From the NCBI GenBank assembly GCA_028023455.1, contig JAQFVV010000004.1, forward strand, positions 16,802,001 to 16,866,000: DNA of 64,000 nt. Direction: 5' to 3'. The stretch comes from Epiperipatus broadwayi (taxonomy: Eukaryota; Animalia; Onychophora). Below the pieces are notes generated by a model. It did no database searches. It saw nothing but the letters and a program-made list of their open reading frames with translations, and was not told the origin of the DNA. How positions within the stretch are numbered: the stretch's first letter is position 1; every line of letters begins with the position of its first letter. Made by a program: the position numbers and the translations under genes. Positions 1-11,796 of the stretch are shown here, piece by piece.

Positions 1-330
1 TCTTTCTTCTTCAGCAACTGAGACAGAAAGGATTGCTTTTCTCAATAGATTGATTAAGACTGACCTCTTCTTACAAAACATGGAGGCCTACTGATTTACC
101 AACACTCCTCTTTTTGGAACAATCCTGTCCAACCTATCACAATTGTGTCTCCAATATGACCAAATTAAACACTGATCAATTAAGTCTATTTTTACCAAAA
201 AATATTCATTTATTTCCCTCCTTTTTTTATTGCAAAACAAGTAAAATAATTCCCATGTACTTGTTTTTCTTTTATGCCAAAATAGAAACAAGACAATCAG
301 TTAATTACATTGCCCTGATTAACACTACTT
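1..330 (-). mobile_element. Degenerate APE-endonuclease-like fragment of a non-LTR retrotransposon
   Basis: Minus ORF 88-291 reads KIDLIDQCLIWSYWRHNCDRLDRIVPKRGVLV, resembling the APE R-D-R...RGGGV motif; short and decayed. Confidence 0.3.
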
Positions 331-625
331 ATTGCAGTGAAGAGAGATAAAGAGAAAAGAAGGAATAAAACAACTCTAATCAATTAAAACAAAAATGTTA
401 GTCTTATTTTTTTTCTTTTCTTTTAAAGCTTTATTTATTTATCTATTTCAAAAGTTAAAATTAAAAATTGTTAAATAATTTACTAAAAAAAATTTATGAA
501 TAGTTAGTGAAAAGAAAAGAAAATGTTTCACTCAGTATTTTTTTAACATTAAAATCAAAATTGATAGGTAAATTAATGAAGAGAGTGGATAAAAATTGTT
601 TATTTCATACTTTTTTTTTCTTTTA

Positions 626-698
626 CAATCATTTATCACATGATCACATCTCTATACTGTATGGAGAGTTTTGCCTTTGTTTTCAATCATTTATCACA
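626..698 (+). mobile_element. Internally deleted copy of the HHR retroposon (family 1) with 15-bp TSD
   Basis: Direct repeat CAATCATTTATCACA at 626-640 and 684-698. The element 5' end (TCACATGATCAC..TCTCTATACT) is fused to its 3' end (GTATGGAGAGTTTTGCCTTTGTTTT), both matching the full copy at 58715-58907. Confidence 0.75.
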
Positions 699-981
699 AA
701 TTAAAATATTCACATTATTATTTTAATCAACAATGTTGAGAAATTTTATATTATCATTAGAAAAAAAACATGGGAAAATAAAATCTATCATTTCCCCCTT
801 AATTAATATATTCTAAATTTTAGAAACTTGTAATGTTGGCATGATAGTGTTGGCCACTGTTCACAATATTATATATATTGTATTGCTAGCAAATATATGT
901 GTAAATTTATATATAAATGCAAGCTATATATAAGTCATGTGACATCTGACTTTTTATTATTACTATGTTAAAAACACATAT

Positions 982-3900
982 CATCATCATCAACCATTAT
1001 CAATCCATTGCAGGATGAAGGTCTCTCCAAGTTTAATCCATCTTCTCTGATCTTTAGCTTCTCTTTTCCGCAACACCCCTGCACATTTTCTTATTTCATT
1101 CATCCATCTCACATGTGGTCTCTTTCTGGGTCTTTTACAATCTCTTGGAATCCAGCTTAAAATTTCAATCGTCCATCTATTATCATTTCTTCTAGCAATA
1201 TGTCCAGCCCAACTCCATTTCAATATTCTAATTTTTTCAATAAGGTCAGTAACACCTGTTTGTTGTCTTACCCATACCTTGCGTTTTCTATCTCTTCTTG
1301 TTACTCCCAACATACATCTCTCCATACTCCTTTGAGTGGTCTGAAGTCTTTGTATTGCTCTTCTGTTAAGTGTCCAAGTCTCAGATCCATAAGTAAGAAC
1401 TGGTAAAACACATTTGTTAAAAACCATTCTTTTCAAACACATAGGCATATTTCCTTTTAATATCAAGTTATTTCTACCAAAAGCACTCCAACCAAGTTTA
1501 ATTCTATGATTAATTTCCTCCATTATGTTTCCATCTGTATTAATAATCTAACCAAGGTAGTTGTAACTGTTAACTCCTTCTAATTCTTCATAATCAATCT
1601 TTATTTTCATATTTTGAGCAAATCGATTAAACATTACTTTAGTCTTTTTAACATTTATCTTTAGTCCTACTTTTCTACTTTCATCTGCTAACTCCTGCAA
1701 CATTTCCTGCAGCTCTGAAGCATTATTTGCAAAAACAACTACATCATCTGCAAAATCCAAATGACTTAAATACTCTCCATTTACTTTCATTCCTTTAGTT
1801 TCCCATTTTAATCCACAAAATACTTCTTGCAGCACTGCTGTAAAAAGTTTTGGAGATATGGAGTCACCTTGTCTTAAACCTTTCTCAATGTTGAACTTTC
1901 CAGTATCATTATGTAATCTAATTGTTGCTGTTGCATTTTTATAAATATTCTTTAAAATATGATAATATCCTGGATCTATACCTTGATGATCCAATGCTTT
2001 AATCACTGAAGAAATGTGTATAGAATTGAATGCCTTTTCATAATCTACAAATCCAAAACATAATGGCAACTCATATTCATTTGTCCTTTCTATGACTTCT
2101 CTCAATACCTGGATATAATCTAAGGTACTAAAACCACTTTTAAATCCAGCTTGTTCTCTTGTTTGGTGGAAATCCAAAGTTCTCTGTAGACGAGTTGTAA
2201 TTATCTTGGTAAAATTTTTATATAAAACTGATAAAAGGCTGATAGGTATGTAATTTCTAATATCTTCTTTATCACCTTTTTTAAATATTAATATTATTAC
2301 AGCATTCTTCCAATCTTTCAGTATATCTTTATCATTTAGACATTTGGTATATAACTTTGCTAAAATTGTTTCTATTTCTTCACCTGCTTCTTTTAATATA
2401 TCAATTATAATTCCATCATTTCCTGGAGCCTTTCCTTTCTTCATACATTTAATTGCATGTCTCACTTCTTCATTTAAAATTCTGGGCAATTCGGAAGATG
2501 TAATAGATATAGGAGGTACTTGTTCTTTATTACTATATAATTCTTGATAAAAATCTTCTACCAATTTTATGATGTCATCTCTCTTTTTAGTAATAATTCC
2601 ATCTTTTTTTCTTATTGCAGATATAAATTTCCTACCAATACCAAAATGTTGTTTAACATTCTTGAGACTTTTATTTTCTTCTACAGCTTTCCTTGCTATT
2701 TCACAGTTATACTTTCTTATATCATTTTCAACTCTTTTCCGTACCATTTTACAAAATTCGAGATATTCAATTCTTTTTAATACATCATTTTTGTATATCT
2801 TTATATTCCTTCTTTTCTTCATAAATTCTCTAGTCTCAGTAGAAATTTTATTAGTCAATTGCTGCTTTTTTCTACCAGCTATCTTTGTTGCAGTTTTTAA
2901 AAGTGTATCAGTTATTTTCATATTAATTTCATTCAAATCTGAATCATGTTCAAAATCTCCTAACACTTGAAACCTATTTGTAAGTTCTAATTTAAATTCA
3001 TTAGAATGTTTCTGAAGATTAGGAATATCAACTGTAAATATTGTTTTTCTTAATAATTTTTGTCTCTCTAGTTTTACATTAACACGTAACTTACACCTTA
3101 CTAATTGATGATCACTTCCTGTGTTAAATTTATTAAGAACATTACAATCTTGAAATATGTATTTCCTGTTAGTCAAAATATAATCCAATTCTGCTGTACC
3201 TTCATTTAGATGCTTCCATGGACATTTCCTTTTAACATTTTTCACAAAAAATGAATTCATAATATAAAGTTTTTCTTTTTCTGCAAACTCCACAAGTCTA
3301 TGTCCTCTCTCATTTCTATTACCATAACCAAAATTACCTACAGCAATTTCATCTTTCATTTGTCTACCAATTCTAGCATTAAAGTCTCCCATAACAATTT
3401 TAAAATGTTGTTTACTCTGATCAAAAGCCTTTTGTACATCCATATAAAAATCTTCTACTACTTCATCACTATGAGAACTTGTTGGGGCATAAACCTGAAT
3501 TATCTGCATTTGGTATCTGCTATTAAGTTGTATAACTAATCTTGCAACTCTGTCTGATACACCATCAATCTCCACAATATTGTTCTTCCACTTTTTATTT
3601 ATAATGAATCCTACTCCACTTGTATTTCCAATATTTGTGCCTTTATAATAGAGTATATGTCCACTTTTTAAATCAATTGTTTCTTCACCTTTTCTTCTAA
3701 CTTCACAAAGTCCAATAATGTCCCATTTAGTATAAGACAATTCTTCTTCTAATTCTTGCAATCTTCCTTCACTTGAAAGTGATCTGCAGTTGTAAGTACC
3801 TAAATAAAAAGTCATCATCAAATGGCAGCCTGGGTCCACAATCAGGGGATTCTTAGCACCCTCCGCCTTCGGCCACCAACCGCCGCCTTGGTTGGTGACT

Positions 3901-4289
3901 TTACAGCCTCCTGGGAATAAGGGCCATGCTTTATTTTTGTCTGTCATAATTGTATATATGTATTGGAAAAATATTTATCATTTACACAAACATTCATTCT
4001 GCCTTATCAGGCACTGAGAAGAAAGACCATGGTGTTTCTTGATCTTAAACTCAGAGGTAAAAAGCCAATAAATTCACCACGCTGGCTAATGCGTGTTGGT
4101 GAGCAGCCCATCCATGTTCGTATACTATATGAATAATCACATAGTAATAACAGCTGCAATGACAAGAACGTATGGAGTGGACATTAGGAATTTGCCCTGC
4201 TCAGTTCCTTTAAGGCCTCCAAGAGGAATCAAAGGGTCTCCTTTCAGTTAATAGCAAACTCCTTTCTGCAGCAAAAAAAAAAAAACAAC
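982..4289 (-). mobile_element. RTE-clade non-LTR retrotransposon, near full length
   Basis: Single APE+RT ORF, (TGA)n tail at 982-990, ~320-bp 5' region. Possible 9-bp TSD AACACATAT at 973-981 and 4290-4298; the 5' boundary is less certain than the ORF. Confidence 0.95.
990..3947 (-). pseudogene. RTE ORF (APE endonuclease + reverse transcriptase) with one in-frame TAG at 1548-1550
   Basis: APE motifs TYNCRSL, GLCEVRR, VYAPT, MGDFNA, LDYIL, SDH; RT motifs QAGF, DYEKAFN, RQGDSISPKLF, FADD; RTE C-terminus LTYGSETW, WSWAGH. ORFs 1548-3947 and 990-1523 are in the same frame (YLG*IINTDGNIMEE). Confidence 0.95.
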
Positions 4290-5790
4290 AACACATATAT
4301 GCTGTGATATATGTTATCATTTAAAAATAAATGATCTAATTTATTTATTTTTAAAAAGTGAGAATATTGAAATAGAAAGAAAATATGTTTTTAAAGAGTT
4401 TTTCTTTTTTAAGCAACACAAATTTGCAAAAATAGAAATATTGTGTCATTTTTTTCTTTTAAAAGAAAAGAAAGTTTTTAGTATTAAAGAGTGGGTAGGG
4501 GGTAAAGTCTAAAATAAAAGTAACAAGATTTAAAACTCAGCATCTTCTTTTTATAAATAATAAAATGTATAAAAGTAAGCAAATGTGAAATCAGACTAAA
4601 AATTAGTCTGTAAAAATAAATGTTAGTAAAACTTTCAAAGTATAATTACTTCAAAGATTACTTGGGTGATAAAAGAAAATTATAACTCACAATTAAATTA
4701 ATTTTTAAAAAATCACATACGCTATCTGATTGAGATAGTAGATGAATCTGAATAAAGGATTGAGATAGCAAGAAATGTAAAATTAATTAAAAGACAGCTT
4801 TCAAGTTATGATCAAAATTAAAAATATGATAAAAAATAAACAATGGGAGAGAAAAAGATATAAAAGTACCATCTTCATTATTGTTCTTTAATTGGGCTGC
4901 AAACTGCTAGATAATTCCACTCTTTAATCTGTAATTCAGTTTGGACAGAATGCATAATCCAAACAACCAGAGATCCAAGTAATCAGAAACTGTAAATACA
5001 GTAGCAATCCAGTCATTACTGCTGCAGTCAACATTACTGGGGAAGCCACCAGAGTGTCTGACATGGCTTCATGACCCAAGCCCTCCACCATTAACTATCT
5101 TACCTGAATTGACACCTGGAACCAATGGTGAGATTGTACGGTAGAAGCTGCTGCAAACCCTCTTTCTATCATTATTCAGAAGAATGGAAAACAAGTCATG
5201 AATCCATCAATGGAGAACCAAAAAGCCAACCAGTATGAAAATAAAACAAAGAAAAACCTAGATAAAGATCCTTTTAAATATATTCTGATCACAGTCTAGA
5301 CTCTTTATTTTAAATGAACTTTAATTAATGAAGAACTATTATAACTATAGTCTAAAATAATCATTTAAAATTGTCTTAGGTAAAATTTATTATTGTTATA
5401 GTGTATTAAATATATGTGTATGTAAATAAATATTAATGTTTGCTTAAATATTATTTGGTCTATTATGTCTTATGTCACTGCGCCATCATTAATTTCAAGT
5501 TATAAGTGTTATATATTAAGTTAAATGTGCTGGCCCCTGAGACAGTGTGAACTAGTCATGGGATATGCCAATGCTAGATTGTGTGCTTGTCATCTGAAGC
5601 ATACTGCATATATAACTCATGGTTGGCTAGCACCTGAGGTTGATCCCCAAAACAAAATGTTTGGATGGCAGGGGTTTGAATACAGCAGATGAGGTGGGCC
5701 ACAGTCTGGAAATGTGGTCATGTTATGCTTTGTATAGCTTGATCTGATCATGGCTATCATTGATGATTTTATGCTTTCAATGGTATTCTC

Positions 5791-5901
5791 CCCTCTGCTT
5801 GAAGGGCCAATCTGTTCCTGTGTATTTTTTAAAAATTTATTATAATCCCTCTGCTTGAAGGGCCAATCTGTTCCTGTGTATTTTTTAAAAATTTATTATA
5901 A
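5791..5901. repeat. Perfect 55-bp tandem duplication
   Basis: CCCTCTGCTTGAAGGGCC...TTTATTATAA at 5791 and 5847. Confidence 0.95.
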
Positions 5902-7864
5902 AAGATGTTTAAACCCAATTAAATAATCTCCTTTTAGTGGACCTGGTTCAATATATAATTTTGTAATTGTATTCCACCACTTTTGAAGCTAAGGATCCTT
6001 TCTTGTATTGAAAAATCTACAATTTATTTACTGCAGAGTTACCTTTTTTAGCATGGTTCTCTCTAGATCTACATACTATTTATCTATAAGTAGATTAGTT
6101 TCACTTACTTGTTAATTCTCTTTATTTTTGATTGATAAGTATATACTAGAGTATTAAAGCATCTCAACTCCGAGCATGTAACACAACTTGTGATATATCA
6201 CCAACCAGTTAACAAATGTTGCTGATATTCTCTTACTTGGATAAACTTCCTGTCTGCAACTAATAATAGATGAGTGAATACTCAAAAACTTGTTTTACTA
6301 ACTAAATTAAATTTTGAATTCTGATTAAAATCTGTTAGAATGTTTTGCCATACCTATTGATTTAAACACATTTTCAAAATCTCATAAGCTAATCCACCCT
6401 TTTATACAAAGTGTTTTTCAAAAACATTTCTGTCTTTTTATTCTTGTTTTCTAGGTCCTTAACTATCTGTGGTTTCCTTAGACAATAATCTGTTTTCTAA
6501 TTTGTAGTTTTAAAACACTTTCAAATTTTATATAAATTAGAAATTCATAATTTGAAGTCTTTCTTTATTTTTATATTATGGCTTTGACAAAGACTGATTT
6601 TTTTACAATTAATGCTGACCATAAATTAATATTTTCACCATATTTTTTAACTAACAAAACTTATCATTACAAGATTATGTATATTTGCAATGACTAAACC
6701 CTATCCATTAAAATGAAAAGCTGAATTTTAGTTCTGTACATAGCTTGTAATGCTTATTACAGATATTAAATATAAAAATTATTTTGATTTTCGGCCACAG
6801 ATAATTCTGAAAGTCACAATACTGACCGATTTTTTTTATAGAGTCAAAATGTTTCAAACAATGAAATAAATGAGCAATAAATTCTTAATTGCTATATATT
6901 TGTCCTGAGCACATATATATTTGAAAATATATATATTTAACTATCCTATATTGATATTTATTTATTTCAGTTACATTTTGATCAATCTTCTATGTCCATG
7001 ATACCATAACATTAAAACTTTTATTTTTAAGCTAGATATTTATCTAATTTAAGTACCTGTATACATTTATACTATTTCATTTTAAAATTTGTAGCATGAT
7101 TGTGTTATAATTTATGATCATCACAATCTATTTAAACACATTCAACAATTACAAAAATATTAATTCATAATAATTGCTAAAAACTAAAATATATGAGTCT
7201 ACATTTTTATCGATATGTGTATGATAAGATGACATTGATAAAATTTCTACCCACAATCCAAAAATTGGTCAAAAGAGTTATTTTAAAAAATATCTTTACG
7301 TTTTGCTAAATAAATGAATCTTAAAAGAATTAAGGCTCTTCTTAATATTTTGAAGTTTTTTATAAGAAAGTTTTAGAGATAATTTGGCTGAGTTTTTGAA
7401 TGGGAAGGAAAAAGGCCTGCTCTAATATTATTAAGGTAAGTTTATAGATCTGATATATGCAAAAAAAAGTTCTTAATATCATCAGAAGTTTTTATATTAA
7501 ATCAAATGATCATAGATAATATCTGCTGAGAACATTTCCAAAAGTGCCGTAGCTATCAAGATATAGTGGTGAATATTTAAGAAAAATTCATCGAAGATTA
7601 AACATTCTGAACTATATATGCAGTGATGAATAAATTTATGATTTGTCTTTATGTCTTACACTTATAATTTTAAGCACTCTAATTTGCTCTATATTATGTA
7701 GATAATTGAATCTTTACCTAACCATAAAGAAAGTTTTTTCCAGCTTCACAGAATTATTATTTTGAATTTCATGTAAAACAATATTAAAGACAGGAATACA
7801 GATAATTTTTAAAACTGATGCTGGGTTAATAAACTTCTAGAAAGATTTTAGATCTACTAAATCA

Positions 7865-7920
7865 AATCCCTTTGCCTTTTCAAATGTCTTCAATCCTTTG
7901 CCTTTTCAAATGTCTTCAAT
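7865..7920. repeat. ~27-bp tandem duplication
   Basis: AATCC(C)TTTGCCTTTTCAAATGTCTTC twice. Confidence 0.9.
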
Positions 7921-8574
7921 GTTTTACACATTAACGATCTGAATCTTGATAATCAGAGACAAGCATTTATATGTTTATTAATGAGTGTTATAATTGCATG
8001 ATGCCAGTATGAATGATTATTATTTTAATAAAGTGAAAAAGACATTAAATTTTATCTTTTTATTTGAAGTTCAACTGGTTTTTTCATAGATCTACAAATG
8101 ATTCCCAAAGAACTTGAATGATATTCTTTATAAAATAAATGGGAAGCGTCTATCTTTTAGAGTCTACCAAACTGAAAATTTATTTAATGAAATACATGAA
8201 TCCATTTCTATTGTGAGAATTATGATATACATTGTTCATCTAATAGCACAATAGTTATATTTTCCCTCTATAATTAGGTCATTATCAAAAGGCCAATATA
8301 ATATCTCTTTGCTAAATAGATATAAATATTCTTTGCACTTGTTCAACAATTACAATGGGTATTTATTTTATTCCATTTCTAAAATAATTGATTATGGCTC
8401 GAGAAAATGTTGGATCATCATATAATTATGAAATGATTTTGTTAGCAACAAACTGATAATATTTGTAATTAAAAATCTCTTTAAAATTCACTCACATCAC
8501 AATAATAAGATCAGATATTTTATAGTAATATCTCCACACTAAAACCCAATATATGTATATTATTATATTTATTT

Positions 8575-8624
8575 CTATACTTAGCGCTTTCGAAGGAATG
8601 ATGCCTTCATTTTCAAAGCTATAG
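8575..8624 (-). ncRNA. Minimal type I hammerhead motif, U3-A8 core variant (family 2)
   Basis: Sense CUAUAGCU-UUGAAAAU-GAAGG(CAUCAUU)CCUUC-GAAA-GCGC-UA-AGUAUAG: stem I with one bulge, perfect 5-bp stem II, palindromic stem III. Confidence 0.65.
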
Positions 8625-9000
8625 ATAGATAGTTCTAATAACGATGTTCAATTTATTTATTTAAACCAACAGATGCAAATTATTCAAATCAGGTCTGCCA
8701 TTTCTTCAAGATTGCACAAAACGTGCCTCCCCCATTCAATGAGTCTGTGTCTAAATCAATGAAATAGGCCTCCCCAACTTCTCCCCCACCCAGAACATTC
8801 TGTTTTACTGTTTCTCAGGTCAACCCAATAGCATTCCTGATAAGACAAAATGCATGGCTTCAGAATTTGTTGTTCACTTGAAATGAAAGTTATCCAAAAA
8901 GATTCTTGCATAACAATCTTCAATGGATATTATTCAAAGATTGTGAATAATGAACCATTTCATGCAGCATATACAAAATGTAACCACATGATAAACTTGA
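8575..9000 (-). mobile_element. Decayed 3' end of a Penelope-like element (GIY-YIG-like remnant + terminal HHR)
   Basis: Minus-strand remnants FCICCMKWFI..NSEAMHF and EAYFIDLDTDSLN resemble the PLE GIY-YIG C-terminus; followed by an HHR-like motif as in the PLEs at 39.6 and 63.2 kb. Confidence 0.4.
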
Positions 9001-9067
9001 ATGTATTTTTAACATGTATATACCAGAAATTAAAAATGCACAGAGACAAAACTTTCTGTATAAAAGC

Positions 9068-9205
9068 ACCGATCAGTACAAACCAGAGTAATCAATGGAT
9101 GCAGGAAGGTTTGTGCATAGAATCCCTATCTAAGGCCTACTCATCCAATATCCCTGGACAAGTTTCTAGCTTGTGGCTTTCATCAGTGAGTATCCTTGGA
9201 TCTGA
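9068..9205 (-). mobile_element. HHR retroposon family 1, partial decayed copy
   Basis: Matches 58750-58880; sense CUGAUGA-AAGC(CACAA)GCUA-GAAA-CUUG-UC; proximal stem I mismatched. Confidence 0.8.
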
Positions 9206-9328
9206 GAGCACTGCATCTGGATCTTAGGATCTAATGTAACTCAGCAACATCCATCTTTTACTTTTTTAGCTAACTATGATGCTTTGAGTCCAAAATGAAA
9301 ACACAATGCTTGCACTGAGTTTGCTAAT

Positions 9329-9395
9329 ATATGGAGAGTTTTGCCTATGTGAAAAACAGCTTGTGTAAGCACAAAGAATGGTAATCATGTGAAGT
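9329..9395. repeat. Family 1 end fragment (3' end joined to inverted 5' end)
   Basis: TATGGAGAGTTTTGCCT...AATCATGTGA; same arrangement at 55565-55627. Confidence 0.6.
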
Positions 9396-10478
9396 TAAAA
9401 ATGCTAATATAATTTCTGATTTTAGCTTGTTGATCAAAGCATTTATACTACTGCTGCTCATTAACTTATTTTCAATATGCAAGGGTTAATACCTCAACTA
9501 CAGTAGTAATTACTTTTTATGATGATGAATAATCACTAATAATGTGGGTTGACTTGGTTTTCACTAAAGATGTGACTCTGAATCTTTTACAATGAATATA
9601 ATCCATAAACATAATAAAATTAAAATTTCTCAGTTTAGCCCAATAGTAAAGTGATAAACATGAGAGCTATAAGTTCCTGGATAAAACTCAAATGGTCACT
9701 TCAAATACTCAAATGTCATATAAACATTTTTAAAATAATAATTGACATAAATAGCTTATCAGTTAACTGTTTCAAATGCACTTGTTTGTGAGATATTTTT
9801 ATACAATAAAACATGTCTATATTGTTATTGAATCTGTTTTTTTTTTTACTTTTCAATGAAGATAGTGAGATAGTAAAAGCATATTTGGAATTTCTAATCC
9901 TTTAATTTTTTACATGATGTAGAAACAAAGGTACTTATTTTATTGATAAAATTACTTCCAGTTATACATGGTTACCAGAAATTTAATGCGGTTTTAAAGA
10001 ATTGAAAAACATGGTTTTGTTTTCTGCAGAAGAAATTAAAAGATGGCACTGAAAAATATCAAATAAACAAAATAATGGATCTGAGTATATATATGGTTCA
10101 CAGACTGGTTTGTAAAATTATCGCTAAACTTATCTCTAATGTGTTATTATAATTTTGTCTTTTTCTCCGGGAGTTCAAATAATCATGCTCATTTGTGAGA
10201 GACTATTGCTGCCAATGAAATAAACCAAAAAGACATCTGAATATAAAATTGTTCATGTAATGCAGCACAAAAGGTCAGGAATAGAGTGAAATTAGAACTC
10301 TGATCCAATCTTGAAATTAAGAATTATCACTAATAAATTAGCTATAGAAATATGGAAACAATGCGAATTTTTTTAATATAGATGGTGACGTGTTTAAATC
10401 ATTAACGATAGAGAAAATAGTATTAGCTAATTGAGTTGTCTTCAGGGGCAAAAACATTTATAAAAACAGTTTAGTCAA

Positions 10479-10550
10479 GCGTTGGTGGTCGAGTGGCAAG
10501 CACAGCTGCCTTACAAGGAGTTATCCCAGGTTCACTTCCCGGCCGATGCT
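10479..10550 (+). pseudogene. tRNA-Gly(TCC)-derived pseudogene/SINE head with anticodon changed to TAC
   Basis: GCGTTGGTGG..GCTGCCTTACAAGGAGT..GGTTCACTTCCCGGCCGATGCT aligns with eukaryotic tRNA-Gly(TCC) as I recall it; degenerate T-loop and anticodon stem. Confidence 0.8.
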
Positions 10551-11764
10551 ATGACACATGAAGAAAGACAGTTTAGGAAAAAATAATATGATCAATCAGA
10601 GGAAATGTAAAGCAGATTAAAAATAAATCAAGATTGAGAGATGTTTTCAATTGTCCATAGGTATTGGTAAAAAGGAAGTTGTGAAATGAGTGAATGCCAA
10701 AAATATGGTATTTGTAGTTATTATTTAACAATATATAATTTATAAACAAAGAAATCTGCCTTCAGTTTTTGAAGCTTCCTTATTTATATCTGTTTACATT
10801 TGTTATGCTTCTGTATATATACATGGGTATGTGAGTTTATATATTCTACATAACTCATTTTCTTAAAAATAATTTTCAGTAAATAAATATATTTATTTTA
10901 CCATCACCATGTAATCAAAACTCTTTTTTTTTTTCCAATAACAAATTCCTCTGATATTATAAACAAAGAAATTTCTCATTAATATTTTTTTTCCCATATT
11001 ATCATTTATAATTCTTGGTTGATTTTTTTATATTTGTTTTAGATATTTTTTTCTCTAAGGAAAAGACAGTTGTAATCTAAATATAAGAAATTTAATAGTT
11101 ATTTCTCATTTGAGAAATATGATCCCAAAGGTAAAAAGCCTTTAAAATTATTCTTTAATTGAAGATAGAATTAATGGAAAAAAGTTGTCATATATATATT
11201 TTGAAAATTTGAAGTCTCAGACCACTAGATAAATGTGTTTATTGTTCCACAAGGATATATTTTCATTAAAACTTCATATTCTTTATTTGGGTAAAAAAAA
11301 AAAAAACTAAACAAATTAAGTATTCATAAAAGAAAAAACAATAATGTACAATAGTTTTTAACTTAAAAATATAATTCTAATTATTAATTCTTTTCAAAGT
11401 TTATTTTTATATAAGATGCAAGATTTATTTCCATTAGAATATTACATTTCCAATATTTTAAAATATTTAGGCATTAGAATAGCTCTTATAATGATTTATA
11501 TATAATAGTAATCAAATGATTTATTATTTGGGAGTTCATATAAAGTTCAAACATTGGAAGTGACCGATTTGAGCCATGATTCATGGATCTTGAGCTCTAA
11601 AATCCACCATTCTTCCACTTCACCAAATCACACAGAGATTATATAAAAAGATGAAATAACTTCACTTTTTTCAACATTAACTTTAATATACATATCTTAA
11701 AACAAAAATGTTAATAGCTAATTGCATAATCACCGTCTTCTTACACCTTTAAGCGAATAATGTT

Positions 11765-11796
11765 AACAGTTTCGACTGTTCCACAGTTTTCTTCAG
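11765..11796 (-). ncRNA. Degenerate hammerhead core (family 4) in a PLE-terminal-like segment
   Basis: Sense CUGAAGA-A-AACUG(UGGAA)CAGUC-GAAAC-UG-UU; same family as 16100-16144; stem I poor. Confidence 0.5.

Noticed and set aside
1200-3539. Plus-strand ORFs overlapping the RTE
   Set aside because: Antisense shadows of the RTE ORF
3850-4270. HDV-like ribozyme in the RTE 5' region (hairpin CACCAACC/GGTTGGTG, GCTAA motif)
   Set aside because: RTEs often carry one, but I could not assemble P1/P2/P3/L3/P1.1 in the right order by eye; needs a descriptor search
6000-8500. Possible very old minus-strand L1/Tx1-like ORF2
   Set aside because: Only vague APE/RT-like word fragments; no motif clear enough to call
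8850-9227. 125-aa plus ORF (and the similar 58741-58935 ORF)
   Set aside because: Reads through the antisense of the family 1 repeat and PLE debris; no protein features
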